Shown here: positions 28,737 through 37,673 of the stretch, piece by piece
Layout of the letters: each line of letters begins with the position of its first letter
How positions within the stretch are numbered: position 1 is the first letter of the stretch
Assembly (NCBI GenBank): GCA_964370935.1
Contig: CAYJKI010000002.1
Location: forward strand, 522,545-586,544
DNA: 64,000 nucleotides
Reading direction: 5' to 3'
From: an uncultured Ignavibacteria bacterium
Lineage (GTDB): Bacteria; Zixibacteria; MSB-5A5; CAIYYT01
Notes under the pieces: generated by a model
Seen by the model: the letters and a program-made list of their open reading frames with translations, nothing else
Database searches by the model: none
Told to the model about the DNA's origin: nothing
Translations under genes and position numbers: made by a program

Positions 28737-29042
28737 TTATGTCCTGTGAGGTTTGAAGGCAAACTCGCGGATACTCATCGACTCGGGCACCGGATAGACT
28801 CCAGCGCCGGCGCAAAGCGGGCAGGGGCTCTTGTCGGACTGGCGAATTTCGATCATGCCGGATCCTTTACAGGCGTAACAGTCCTTTCCGGAAGCATCCT
28901 GCCCCTTGCCAAAGCAGTACATGCAGACGTGGGCATGATTCGGTGTCAAGCAGCGGTTGTCAACCCAGCCACGCCCGAGGCATTCCGGACAGGTTTTCGG
29001 CGGCCCTTCACTTGACGGTGGTAGGTGCTTCTCGGTTGACAT
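28737..29042 (-). CDS. Small DnaJ-type zinc-finger protein with four CxxCxGxG repeats and no J domain
   Basis: CPECLGRG, CMYCFGKG, CYACKGSG and CPLCAGAG are the four DnaJ central-domain repeats. The ORF overlaps the 3' end of the hydrogenase maturation protease gene. Confidence 0.5.
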   Translation of the reverse strand: MSTEKHLPPSSEGPPKTCPECLGRGWVDNRCLTPNHAHVCMYCFGKGQDASGKDCYACKGSGMIEIRQSDKSPCPLCAGAGVYPVPESMSIREFAFKPHRT

Positions 29043-29523
29043 AAATTTCCTTTCCAGTATGCAATTCAAGCCATTGATTGATACTCACCAGCGCCGGTTC
29101 GACAGCGGACCTCACCTGTCCCGTCATAGATTCATTCAGAGTAGTCACATCAGCGACTTCGACAGCTAACACATCAATATGTTCCGGCATTTGATATCCG
29201 AGCCGGCGCCCCAACTCCAAGGCGGTCGGGAGACTCATCTGATGGCTGGTGGTGAGATTTCGCGATGGTGTCAGAGTCCCCATGGGGAAGAAGTGCAGAG
29301 TACCGGGTGGTACTCCACCGGTCACTATGCTATCAATAAGAAGGACTTTGTCTCTCCCGTTGAGCAAATCCAGAAGGCCGAATCCGGCAACCGGAGCGAA
29401 AATCACTTCGACATGCTCGCAATCCCGCTGCCTTGTGTTCAGTATTCCGGCGATCGTCGGGCCGAACGCGTCATCCGACAAGACTTCGTTGCCGAGACAA
29501 AGTATCAAGAATGGCTTCAACAT
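29008..29523 (-). CDS. [NiFe]-hydrogenase maturation endopeptidase (HycI/HoxW family)
   Basis: MLKPFLILCLGNEVLSDDAFGPTIAGIL matches the N-terminal signature of hydrogenase maturation proteases. The track ORF extends to 29625. The start was chosen at the M preceding LKPFLILCLGN. Confidence 0.75.
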   Translation of the reverse strand: MLKPFLILCLGNEVLSDDAFGPTIAGILNTRQRDCEHVEVIFAPVAGFGLLDLLNGRDKVLLIDSIVTGGVPPGTLHFFPMGTLTPSRNLTTSHQMSLPTALELGRRLGYQMPEHIDVLAVEVADVTTLNESMTGQVRSAVEPALVSINQWLELHTGKEIYVNREAPTTVK

Positions 29524-31001
29524 TGCCTTTTGACGACCTCGACAACTTCTCCGCTTTCCGCAGAATGAATGACAATTTCGAGCGGCATTTCGCCGGGAAG
29601 CGAATGAGTAGCGCAACCAAAACACGGATCGTACGCACGGAACGCCATCTCGATTCGATTGAGAATGCCGTCGGTGATTGTCGTGCCTTTCTTAATCAAC
29701 CCTTCAGCGGCGCGTTTGATCGACATCGTGATCGGCGCGTTGTTGTTAGTCGTACCGACAATGAGATTTGCCTCGGTGACGATTCCGTTCTGATCGGTTT
29801 TGTAGTGATGCGTCAAGGTTCCGCGCGGCGCCTCGACAATGCCGACACCTTCTCCGACAATGCCAGTCGGTGGTTCGAGGATATGATCGGAAGTGATCTC
29901 GTCATCCTTGGCCTGCTCGAGCGTGGCCTCGCAGGCGAACATCAACTCAACCACACGCGCCCAGTGTGTTGCCAGCGTGGAATTGACCGGTGTCTTGCCG
30001 GTTCGATCTCCGGTGAGCGTTTCGAAATAGCGTTCGTACTCGGCGTGCGCAAGCGGCGTCGCCATACCGTCGGCTACGTTGAGCCTTGCCAGAGGGGTCG
30101 CTTTGTAAACGCCGGAGTCCATACCATCGACGAAACCTTTCCAGCCGACTTTTTTGAGATAAGGATACTTGAGATATGAATAGGGTTCGACGCGCTCTTC
30201 AACATACTGAAGATAATCCTTCGGTTCGTACTTGGCGTGTTCCGTACCATCAGGAGCTGTTACTCGCACTTTGCCGTCATAGAAGGTGACGTGGTTGTTG
30301 GCATCGACCAATCCCATATTATAGGTCTGATGGGCGTAGGAATCGGAGAGAATCATCTCCAGATAGGCTTTATTCGCAAGCACGATATCATTCAATACCT
30401 GAATGGTGAACTTGGCGAATTCGACCATGTCTTCGCCGATCTTGATGATCTCCTGCTGCTCTTCCTTGGTCACGCGCTTGCTCATTCCGCCCGGTAATGC
30501 AGTCACGGGGTGAACTTTCTTCCCACCGATGATCTCGATCACACGTTGACCGCGGGCGCGTTGTGCAATGACCTTCTTGCCGGCATCTAGTCCGACCTTG
30601 GCGATTACGCCGAGAATGTTGCGTTCGGCTTTGGGAGCATCGGGACCGCAAACGAAGTCTGGTCCACCGAGGGCATAGAAGTGAGTTGTGTGGTCACCGG
30701 CATAGAACGCGTTGTAGACTAACTCGCGCAATTTGCGCGCTGCCGACGGAATAGTAACACCATACACAGCATCGGCGGCTTTGGCAGACGCCATGTGATG
30801 CGCGTCGGGACACACGCCGCAGATACGGGTGGTAATGCGCGCCAATTCTTCTACCGGGCGTCCCTGGCAGAATTTTTCGAAGCCGCGCAATTCGGGTACC
30901 TGAAAGTAACAGTTGGCTAATTCACCATCGTCGTTGATGAATAAGTGAATCTTGCCGTGCCCTTCAAGGCGCGTAATCGGATCTATGACAATGCTCTTCA
31001 T
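29517..31001 (-). CDS. mvhA: [NiFe]-hydrogenase large subunit, group 3 (MvhA-like)
   Basis: N-terminal RLEGHG...RICGVC and C-terminal DPCFGCATH Ni-Fe ligand motifs. The size (494 aa) and the MvhD/MvhG neighbours indicate group 3. Confidence 0.9.
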   Translation of the reverse strand: MKSIVIDPITRLEGHGKIHLFINDDGELANCYFQVPELRGFEKFCQGRPVEELARITTRICGVCPDAHHMASAKAADAVYGVTIPSAARKLRELVYNAFYAGDHTTHFYALGGPDFVCGPDAPKAERNILGVIAKVGLDAGKKVIAQRARGQRVIEIIGGKKVHPVTALPGGMSKRVTKEEQQEIIKIGEDMVEFAKFTIQVLNDIVLANKAYLEMILSDSYAHQTYNMGLVDANNHVTFYDGKVRVTAPDGTEHAKYEPKDYLQYVEERVEPYSYLKYPYLKKVGWKGFVDGMDSGVYKATPLARLNVADGMATPLAHAEYERYFETLTGDRTGKTPVNSTLATHWARVVELMFACEATLEQAKDDEITSDHILEPPTGIVGEGVGIVEAPRGTLTHHYKTDQNGIVTEANLIVGTTNNNAPITMSIKRAAEGLIKKGTTITDGILNRIEMAFRAYDPCFGCATHSLPGEMPLEIVIHSAESGEVVEVVKRQC

Positions 31002-31969
31002 ACTTGCACCCTCCGAAGCAGAGAACCGGCCATGCTAAAGCGATAGAATGTTCCAAGTGGATCGGGAATGGTGTTGATGATCTGTTCAATCTCCTCTGGA
31101 TCGGTGGAATCGATCACGCTGGCCAATGCCGAGACCATTTTGGCTCCCTGGTCTTTGATGTTTGACGGGAGTCCATAGCAGCCACGGCACGGCATTCCAG
31201 CCTTAACGCATTTGGCTCCGCACCCGGAACGCGTCGCCGGCCCGAGGCAGACGATGCCCTGCTCCATGAGACAGAGATTCGGATCAGTGACCTTGGCAAA
31301 CGGCCTGGAGAAGGCTTTAATCTTTTTGATATTGCGTTCGCGCGGGCACTCGTCACAACAGCTCTTATCGGTTGCTCCAAGAACGGTTCCCTTGGGAGGC
31401 AGCGGCTTGTTGTTCTGGAGGATGTCGATAACGGCCATAACTGCATTCACGATTTGATCTGACTGGGGCGGGCAGCCGGGAATGTAATAATCAACCTCAA
31501 CTACCTGGTCTAGTGAGCGAACCGTATTCCAGAATTTCGGAATTGTGATGGTTCCTTCTGGAACTTGAACTTCCGGCTGGGGCTCGACACTGCCGCCATT
31601 AGCGAGAGAAGGCGACTTATGATAAACGTAATCGAGAATCGAATCTTTGTTGAAGAAGTTAGCCAACGCTGGAATGCACCCTTCGCCGGCACAACTGCCA
31701 AACGCTACCAGCACCACTGATTTCTGGCGCAGTAGTTCGGCGAGCTCATAATTCTCGCTTGTCCGGATCGCCCCGTTAAACAGTGTTAGAGTAATTGACT
31801 TGTCATCCATTGCGCGGACATCGTCGTACTTGATATCCATCGCGCAGGGCCAGAAGACGAGATCAAAGAAATCTACCACGGCGAGAATCTTTTCCTCGAT
31901 ATCGAGAATCGAAATATCACAGCCGCCGCAGGAGGAAGCCCAATATATCGCAAGTTTCGGTTTAGACAT
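30998..31969 (-). CDS. mvhG: [NiFe]-hydrogenase small subunit, group 3 (MvhG-like)
   Basis: MSKPKLAIYWASSCGGCDISILD (proximal cluster), GSCAGEGCIP, and distal CCDECPRE/CLGPATRSGCGAKC motifs. Confidence 0.85.
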   Translation of the reverse strand: MSKPKLAIYWASSCGGCDISILDIEEKILAVVDFFDLVFWPCAMDIKYDDVRAMDDKSITLTLFNGAIRTSENYELAELLRQKSVVLVAFGSCAGEGCIPALANFFNKDSILDYVYHKSPSLANGGSVEPQPEVQVPEGTITIPKFWNTVRSLDQVVEVDYYIPGCPPQSDQIVNAVMAVIDILQNNKPLPPKGTVLGATDKSCCDECPRERNIKKIKAFSRPFAKVTDPNLCLMEQGIVCLGPATRSGCGAKCVKAGMPCRGCYGLPSNIKDQGAKMVSALASVIDSTDPEEIEQIINTIPDPLGTFYRFSMAGSLLRRVQV

Positions 31970-32411
31970 GTTGATGCACCTCCTCGGCATTGGGGTCGAA
32001 ATCGTAGTCGTGCAATTTCAAAGGTCCCAAGGCGCGAATCTGTTCGGTGAACTCGGTGATGACCTCCTGGAAACGGCCGCCTTCGGAAGCCGAAACCCAT
32101 TCGAGGCGCATGCGGTTGCGATCGATTCCCAATTGTTGAAGTAACAATTGCGTCAGGGGCATTCGGCGCATGCACTTGTAGTTCCCTTCGATGTAATGAC
32201 AATCGCCGGGATGACAGCCGCAAACCAACACGCCATCGGCGCCGCGCCGGAAGGCATCGAGGATAAACGCCGGATCGACGCGCCCGGAACACATCACACG
32301 GATGCTGGTCACATTGGGCGGATAGTGCATGCGTGCAGTACCGGCGAGGTCGGCGCCGGTATAACTACACCAGTTGCAGAGGAAGCCGACAATTCTCGGT
32401 TCAAAACTCAT
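31962..32411 (-). CDS. mvhD: MvhD-like hydrogenase iron-sulfur subunit (Hdr-Mvh electron-transfer adaptor)
   Basis: IVGFLCNWCSYTGADLAG...CSGRVDPAFILDAFRRGADGVLVCGCHPGDCHY is the MvhD/FlxD signature. Confidence 0.85.
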   Translation of the reverse strand: MSFEPRIVGFLCNWCSYTGADLAGTARMHYPPNVTSIRVMCSGRVDPAFILDAFRRGADGVLVCGCHPGDCHYIEGNYKCMRRMPLTQLLLQQLGIDRNRMRLEWVSASEGGRFQEVITEFTEQIRALGPLKLHDYDFDPNAEEVHQHV

Positions 32412-34168
32412 GACAAAATCCCCTCAATCTGCGCATAGATTTGTTCGTCAGTGAAGTGGCGGCCCTTGATCGCACCCGAAGGACAAGCCGCGACGCAGGT
32501 GCCGCAAGCCTTACACAGTGCGGAATTGACGTGGCTGATCTTCTTTTCGGGATCAAAGTCGATCGCATGATATGGACACATGTCATTACAGATTTTGCAT
32601 CCGGAGCAAAGCTCGTCCTGGACCTCGGCGTAGGTTGCATCCATCAGGACTTCGCGTTGGCACAAGAGCCTCATTACCTGTGCGGCAGCCGCCGAACCTT
32701 GTGCGACAGAGTCAGGAATGTCCTTTGCACCCTGACAGACTCCGGCGAGGAAGATTCCCTCGGTTGACGTTGATACCGGCGCCAGCTTGGGATGCGATTC
32801 GATAAACCAGCCATCGGCACCGACGGAGATATTGAAACGGCGGGCAACCTCCTTGGCATCAACTCGTGCTTCAAGAGCGGTGCAGAGGACAATCATGTCG
32901 ACTGGCACTTCGCGATACTTGCCGATCATTGTGTCTTCGCAGCGGACAATCAGGGCGCCTTCGGCTTTTTGTGATTGACTGGCCGGGGCAACTTCGGCGC
33001 CTTTACCGCGGATGACATTGCCGCCTTCATCGAGAATTCGCTGGTAGAATTCTTCGTAGCCCTTTCCGAACGAGCGCATGTCGATGTAGAACTGATAGAC
33101 ATCAGCCTTGGTTTTCTCCATGATCAAGTGCGAGAACTTGAGGGCGTACATGCAGCAAACGCGGCTGCAGTATTTGTGGTGGTTTTCGTCGCGACTACCG
33201 ATGCAGTGGATGATTGCGATCCGGCGCGGTTCTTCGCCATTCTCCAAACAGATCTTTCCACCGGTCGGGCCGGCGGCATTGTTCATTTTCTCAAACTCGA
33301 TTGAGGAAACAACGTTGGGATAGTGGCCATAACCATACTGCTTCATTGGCGTGGGATCGAAATCGTCAAAGCCGGTTGCCAGCACAACGGCGCCGACTTC
33401 AATTTCCTCGAAATCTGCGCGATCGCCGTAGTCGATACAGCCCTTGGGGCACACCTTCTCGCAAATCATACACCCGCCAGTCTTGTAGTGTATGCAATTC
33501 TCGCGCACGATATAGGGTACGTTGGGGACTGCCTGTCGGAAAGGCAATGTAATTGCGGAGTTGGGTCCCAAGTTCAGTTCGCGGTGATTGATGACCCGCT
33601 CTTCAATATCCTCCATTTTAATATGGCCGGTCGGGCAGTATTTGGCGCAGGCGCCGCAGAGAATGCAGGCCTCGGAATCCAGGTTGAACGGAGTTGAGAC
33701 ATCGCGTTCCCGGCCACGATTGACAAAGGTCAGAGCGTGAGCACCGACGACCTCGTCGCAGATACGCACACAGAGTCCGCAGAGAATGCAAGTGTAGGTT
33801 CCATGTCCCCAGCGAGGCTCCTTGACACCGAACTTCGCTGCATAATGCTCCAGCAAGGGGACCGGGGCGCAGTTGGCCATCAACATTTCAAGGTTTGTGC
33901 GGCGTGCATTAACCACTCGCGGAGTTTCGGTGAAAATTTCCAGACCGTCCCAAGCCGGGTAATTGCAGGCCGTTACGATCTTGCTCCAGCCCTTGTTGTT
34001 GCGAGCCTCCACGACACAGATTCGGCAAGCAGCATACGGGCTCATAAATGGGTAGTAGCAGAGAGTCGGGATCTCGATTCCCAACGACTGTGCAGCGCCC
34101 AGGACGTACGAGCCCTCTTCGACCTCGATCGCTTGACCGTCTATTTTAATCTTAACAGTTGCCATCAT
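32408..34168 (-). CDS. Fusion protein: a NuoG/HoxU-like N-terminal module (2Fe-2S plus two [4Fe-4S] motifs) joined to the C-terminal half of HdrA (remainder of the inserted ferredoxin, FAD-domain second half with CSRVCC, C-terminal 2x[4Fe-4S] ferredoxin)
   Basis: N-terminus KIKIDGQAIEVEEGSYVLGAAQSLGIEIPTLCYYP...CRIC (2Fe-2S), CILCGLCVRICDE, CILCGACAKYCP. This is followed by LNLGPNSAITLPFRQAVP, IAIIHCIGSRDENHHKYCSRVCCMYALK, and CSGCKICNDMCP...CKACGTCVAACP, all collinear with methanogen HdrA from about residue 235 onward. Confidence 0.8.
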   Translation of the reverse strand: MMATVKIKIDGQAIEVEEGSYVLGAAQSLGIEIPTLCYYPFMSPYAACRICVVEARNNKGWSKIVTACNYPAWDGLEIFTETPRVVNARRTNLEMLMANCAPVPLLEHYAAKFGVKEPRWGHGTYTCILCGLCVRICDEVVGAHALTFVNRGRERDVSTPFNLDSEACILCGACAKYCPTGHIKMEDIEERVINHRELNLGPNSAITLPFRQAVPNVPYIVRENCIHYKTGGCMICEKVCPKGCIDYGDRADFEEIEVGAVVLATGFDDFDPTPMKQYGYGHYPNVVSSIEFEKMNNAAGPTGGKICLENGEEPRRIAIIHCIGSRDENHHKYCSRVCCMYALKFSHLIMEKTKADVYQFYIDMRSFGKGYEEFYQRILDEGGNVIRGKGAEVAPASQSQKAEGALIVRCEDTMIGKYREVPVDMIVLCTALEARVDAKEVARRFNISVGADGWFIESHPKLAPVSTSTEGIFLAGVCQGAKDIPDSVAQGSAAAAQVMRLLCQREVLMDATYAEVQDELCSGCKICNDMCPYHAIDFDPEKKISHVNSALCKACGTCVAACPSGAIKGRHFTDEQIYAQIEGILS

Positions 34169-34174
34169 AGTCTC

Positions 34175-36193
34175 CTATGCCACGGTCGCCGGCTGTTTTG
34201 CGGTTTCCTTGGGCTGCCAAAGTTCGCGGGCTTTCAGTTGGATCTTGTCGCCTTCGCCGCGCTTGACTCGCTTGATCGAGTTGTAGCGACAGATCTGGTA
34301 ACAAGCTCCACATTGAATGCACTTGTCCTGGATGATCATGTGCAGGCGTTTGGGTTCGCCGACGATAGCGTTAGTCGGGCAGGGTTTGACACAGGCGTGA
34401 CAGCCAGTGCAGGTATTGTCGATGGCGTGCGCCACAAGTTCCTTGCAGACACCGGCTGGGCAGCGTTTGTCACGAACGTGCGCGATGTATTCCTGGCGGA
34501 AGTAACGAATCGTGGAAAGCACCGGATTCGGAGCTGAACCGCCGAGCTGACACAAGCTGGTGTCGATAATAACCTGCGACAGCTCCTCGAGGTACTCGAT
34601 GTCCTCCATCGTGCCTTTGCCTTCGCAGATTTTGTTAAGAATGTTCAGCATCACGACAATGCCTTCACGACAGGGTACGCACTTGCCGCACGACTCCTCC
34701 TGGAGGAATTTCAGGAAGTACCGTGCGACATCGACCATGCAGGAATCTTCATCCATCACGATCATGCCACCCGATCCCATCATCGAACCGGCTTTGGTGA
34801 GTTCATCGAAGTCCACAGGCAAATCGAGCAGGCTGACCGGTTCATCTTCCTCGCGAATGTCGCCATGAGCAACCATACTGGCATGAACGGAGGTTTCGGA
34901 AGTCTCGACAATCAAGGTACCGCCTGACGGGCCACCGGTTTGCACGGCTTTGAAGCGTTTCTTGTTTGGGACTCCGCCGCCGATGTCATAGAGAATCTCG
35001 CGCAGGGTAATCCCCATTGGGACCTCGACCAATCCGGTGTTGTTGATTTTGCCGGTGAGAGCAAATACCTTGGTACCTTTGGAGTTGGCGGTTCCAATCC
35101 CGGCAAAATACTCGGCGCCTTTTTCAATGATGACCGGAATGTTAGCCCACGTTTCAACATTGTTCAGATTCGAGGGCTTTTCCCAGAGACCGGCTTCCAC
35201 CGTGTGGATATATTTGGCTCGCGGTTCACCGACCTTCCCTTCAAGCGAGGCCATCAAGGCAGTTGATTCGCCGCAGACAAATGCGCCACCGCCGCGGGAA
35301 ATCTCAATCTCGAAGTTGAATCCGGTCCCGAGAATATTCTGCCCGATTAGACCATACTCGCGCGCCTGATTCATCGCAATTGTCAGGTTCTTGACCGCCA
35401 ATGGATATTCGTTGCGAACATAAACGAATCCATCATTACTGCCGATGGCGAAAGCGCCGATAACCATCCCTTCAATCACCATGTGGGGATTGCCTTCGAG
35501 CAGAGAACGATCCATGAAGGCTCCGGGGTCGCCCTCGTCAGCGTTACAGATGACGTATTTCGGTTCGCCTTTGGCATTGCGGCATGATTCCCATTTTCTG
35601 CCGGCTGGATATCCACCACCGCCTCGACCGCGCAATCCGGACCGTTTGACCTCATCGATTATTTGCGTCGGCATCATTTGAGTCAGCGCTTTCACCATCG
35701 CCTGATAACCGCCGAGGAGGATGTAGTCGTTGATCGAGGTCGGGTCCATATAACCGTTCCTGCCGAAAATCAGACGCATCTGCTTTTTGTAAAACGGTAT
35801 GTCTTTTTCCAGTTTAATGACCTGCTGCGATTGCGGATCGCGATAGAGCAGTTTATTCACCAGATGACCGCCCTTGATTGTCTGTTCCCAGATCAACTTG
35901 GCGTCCGCAGGGCGGACTTTCTGATAGAAGATTCCTTGTGGCTGGACGACAACCAGCGGACCACGTTCACAGAATCCGTGACAACCTGTGGTCTTGATTT
36001 CAACTTCATTCTCCAGATGGTCATTAACGATTTCTTCCCGGAAGACCTTGGTAACCGCTTCGCAGCCACAGGCCAGGCAGCCGGTTCCGGCACAAACGGT
36101 CAGCACCGTTTTATTGGCGTTGCGATTGTTCTTGATTTGCTCGCGCAACTTGGCCAAATCCTGTGGCGACTTTATTCTGTTTTCTTTCATCAC
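34175..36193 (-). CDS. NuoF/HoxF/HndC-like NAD(P)H-binding flavoprotein (51-kDa type) with an N-terminal thioredoxin-like [2Fe-2S] domain and C-terminal 2x[4Fe-4S]
   Basis: GRGGGGYPAGRKWE (FMN/NADH site), ESCGKCVPCREG (N3 cluster), C-terminal CTGCHACVKPCP and CIQCGACYQICR, N-terminal CAGTGCLACGC...CHGFCERGP. Confidence 0.85.
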   Translation of the reverse strand: MMKENRIKSPQDLAKLREQIKNNRNANKTVLTVCAGTGCLACGCEAVTKVFREEIVNDHLENEVEIKTTGCHGFCERGPLVVVQPQGIFYQKVRPADAKLIWEQTIKGGHLVNKLLYRDPQSQQVIKLEKDIPFYKKQMRLIFGRNGYMDPTSINDYILLGGYQAMVKALTQMMPTQIIDEVKRSGLRGRGGGGYPAGRKWESCRNAKGEPKYVICNADEGDPGAFMDRSLLEGNPHMVIEGMVIGAFAIGSNDGFVYVRNEYPLAVKNLTIAMNQAREYGLIGQNILGTGFNFEIEISRGGGAFVCGESTALMASLEGKVGEPRAKYIHTVEAGLWEKPSNLNNVETWANIPVIIEKGAEYFAGIGTANSKGTKVFALTGKINNTGLVEVPMGITLREILYDIGGGVPNKKRFKAVQTGGPSGGTLIVETSETSVHASMVAHGDIREEDEPVSLLDLPVDFDELTKAGSMMGSGGMIVMDEDSCMVDVARYFLKFLQEESCGKCVPCREGIVVMLNILNKICEGKGTMEDIEYLEELSQVIIDTSLCQLGGSAPNPVLSTIRYFRQEYIAHVRDKRCPAGVCKELVAHAIDNTCTGCHACVKPCPTNAIVGEPKRLHMIIQDKCIQCGACYQICRYNSIKRVKRGEGDKIQLKARELWQPKETAKQPATVA

Positions 36194-36711
36194 TTCGCCT
36201 CCTCGGATTTGTGAACCTTGCCCGCGCGCACATCGTTAAGCATCGTTTCCGTCTTGGTGACTGTCATGTTGCCATAGTAAACCTCATTGGCGGTCACGAG
36301 CGGTCCGAGCGCGCACGCACCGAGGCAGTTTACGGTTTCGAGGCTGATCTCACCGTCCGGCGTCGTTTCTCCGGGCTTGATCTTGAGGTCGCGCTCCAGT
36401 TTGTCAACGATTACGGTCGCTTGCCGAACGTGGCAGGCGGTGCCGGTACAAACACAGATGTGATTCTTACCTTTCGGTTTCAGGCTGAAGGTGCGATAGA
36501 ACGTCGCTACACCGTATATCTGCGCCAGCGGCAGTTTCATCGTTTTGGAGACAGCGCGCATGGCTGACTCCGGCAGGTAGCGATAGTGCTTCTGAATGTC
36601 CTGGAGGATCATGATGAGCGCCGATGCCTTGGCGCCGTACTCGGCCACAATTTGGTCGATGGCTTCTTGAACATCATACTCTTCTTGCGGAGTCGCGGGT
36701 AATGTCGTCAT
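36190..36711 (-). CDS. NuoE/HoxE-like thioredoxin-fold [2Fe-2S] subunit (24-kDa type)
   Basis: CVCTGTACHVRQ...CLGACALGP is the NuoE cluster motif. The gene has 4-nt overlaps with both neighbours. Confidence 0.85.
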   Translation of the reverse strand: MTTLPATPQEEYDVQEAIDQIVAEYGAKASALIMILQDIQKHYRYLPESAMRAVSKTMKLPLAQIYGVATFYRTFSLKPKGKNHICVCTGTACHVRQATVIVDKLERDLKIKPGETTPDGEISLETVNCLGACALGPLVTANEVYYGNMTVTKTETMLNDVRAGKVHKSEEAK

Positions 36712-37673
36712 GATTGTTTCACCTCCGCAGGCAGCAGATCTTTTTCAGGCATGGGTTGAGCCGCTGTGAGAACTGTTAAATCGTGCTTTGGCCCCATTCG
36801 CCATTTGTCCTGAACGTCGAGAAGCCGCCCTTCGCGGTAGACACGATCTCCAAGCATCATGCGACGACGGGTCGGTGTCGGCACGCTGGGACAGGCTTCG
36901 TAGCAGGCGCCGCAGCTGTTGCACTTTGTGGTATCCACGTAACGGGGTTTCTTCTTCAGTTTGACCGTGAAATTCCCCAAATACCCCGAGACTTCCTCAA
37001 CTTCTGTCCAAGTCAAAAGACGAATGTTGGGATGTTTCCCGACCGCAACCATTTTCGGAGTTAGAATACAAGCGGCGCAGTCGAGCGTTGGAAACGTCTT
37101 GTCAAATTGCGCCATGTGACCGCCAATCGTGGTTTCCTTTTCGACAAGGATAACCTTGAAGCCGGCATCGGCAATTTGCAGAGCTGCTTCAATTCCGGCA
37201 ATACCGCCGCCGACAATTAGAACCTGCTGTTTGATTGGGACGCGGCGCATGTCGAGCGGTTCATGAAGCCTGACTCTGGCAACCGCCGCTCGCACCAGTG
37301 AGACCGCCTTGGCCGTCGCAGCTTTGGGATCAAGAGTCACCCAGCTTACCTGCTCGCGAATATTCGCCATTTCAAAAAGATAGCGATTGAGTTGAGCGCG
37401 TTCGCACGCGTTGCGAAATGTCGGTTCATGCATCAGCGGGCTGCAGGCAGCGACCACAACGCGATTGAGTTTAGATTCGCGAATGTCCTTCTGAATCAGT
37501 TCCTGTCCCGGTTCCGAACACATGAATTTGTATTGTCTGGCGACCACCACATTAGGAAGCGCGGCGGCGACCTCGACGACCTTACTTACATCGACCATTT
37601 TGGCGATGTTGTTTCCGCAATGACAGACATAGACGCCGATGCGGATTTCAGAGCCATTTTGCGACTGGTTCAT
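36708..37673 (-). CDS. hdrA: HdrA N-terminal fragment (N-terminal Cys-cluster domain, first half of the FAD-binding domain, first [4Fe-4S] motif of the inserted ferredoxin) ending in a ~50-aa unrelated tail
   Basis: IGVYVCHCGNNIAKMVDV...RVVVAACSPLMHEPTFRNAC...YLFEMANIREQ. VLIVGGGIAGIEAALQIADAGFKVILVEKETTIGGHMAQFDKTFPTLDCAACIL. KPRYVDTTKCNSCGACYEACP. Its stop overlaps the nuoE-like start. Confidence 0.8.
   Translation of the reverse strand: MNQSQNGSEIRIGVYVCHCGNNIAKMVDVSKVVEVAAALPNVVVARQYKFMCSEPGQELIQKDIRESKLNRVVVAACSPLMHEPTFRNACERAQLNRYLFEMANIREQVSWVTLDPKAATAKAVSLVRAAVARVRLHEPLDMRRVPIKQQVLIVGGGIAGIEAALQIADAGFKVILVEKETTIGGHMAQFDKTFPTLDCAACILTPKMVAVGKHPNIRLLTWTEVEEVSGYLGNFTVKLKKKPRYVDTTKCNSCGACYEACPSVPTPTRRRMMLGDRVYREGRLLDVQDKWRMGPKHDLTVLTAAQPMPEKDLLPAEVKQS

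Noticed and set aside
28630-28815. N-terminal extension of the mtaB ORF (MRRRWSLSGARVDEYPRV...)
   Set aside because: It is Arg-rich with no similarity, and homology begins at ...KASLHTLGC. A TTG start near 28629 is more plausible. Similar 5' over-extensions were trimmed for the hydrogenase protease (29524-29625), HD-GYP (6327-6368), lpxL-like (46662-46763), the M16 peptidase (47762-47797) and mvhG (31970-31990).
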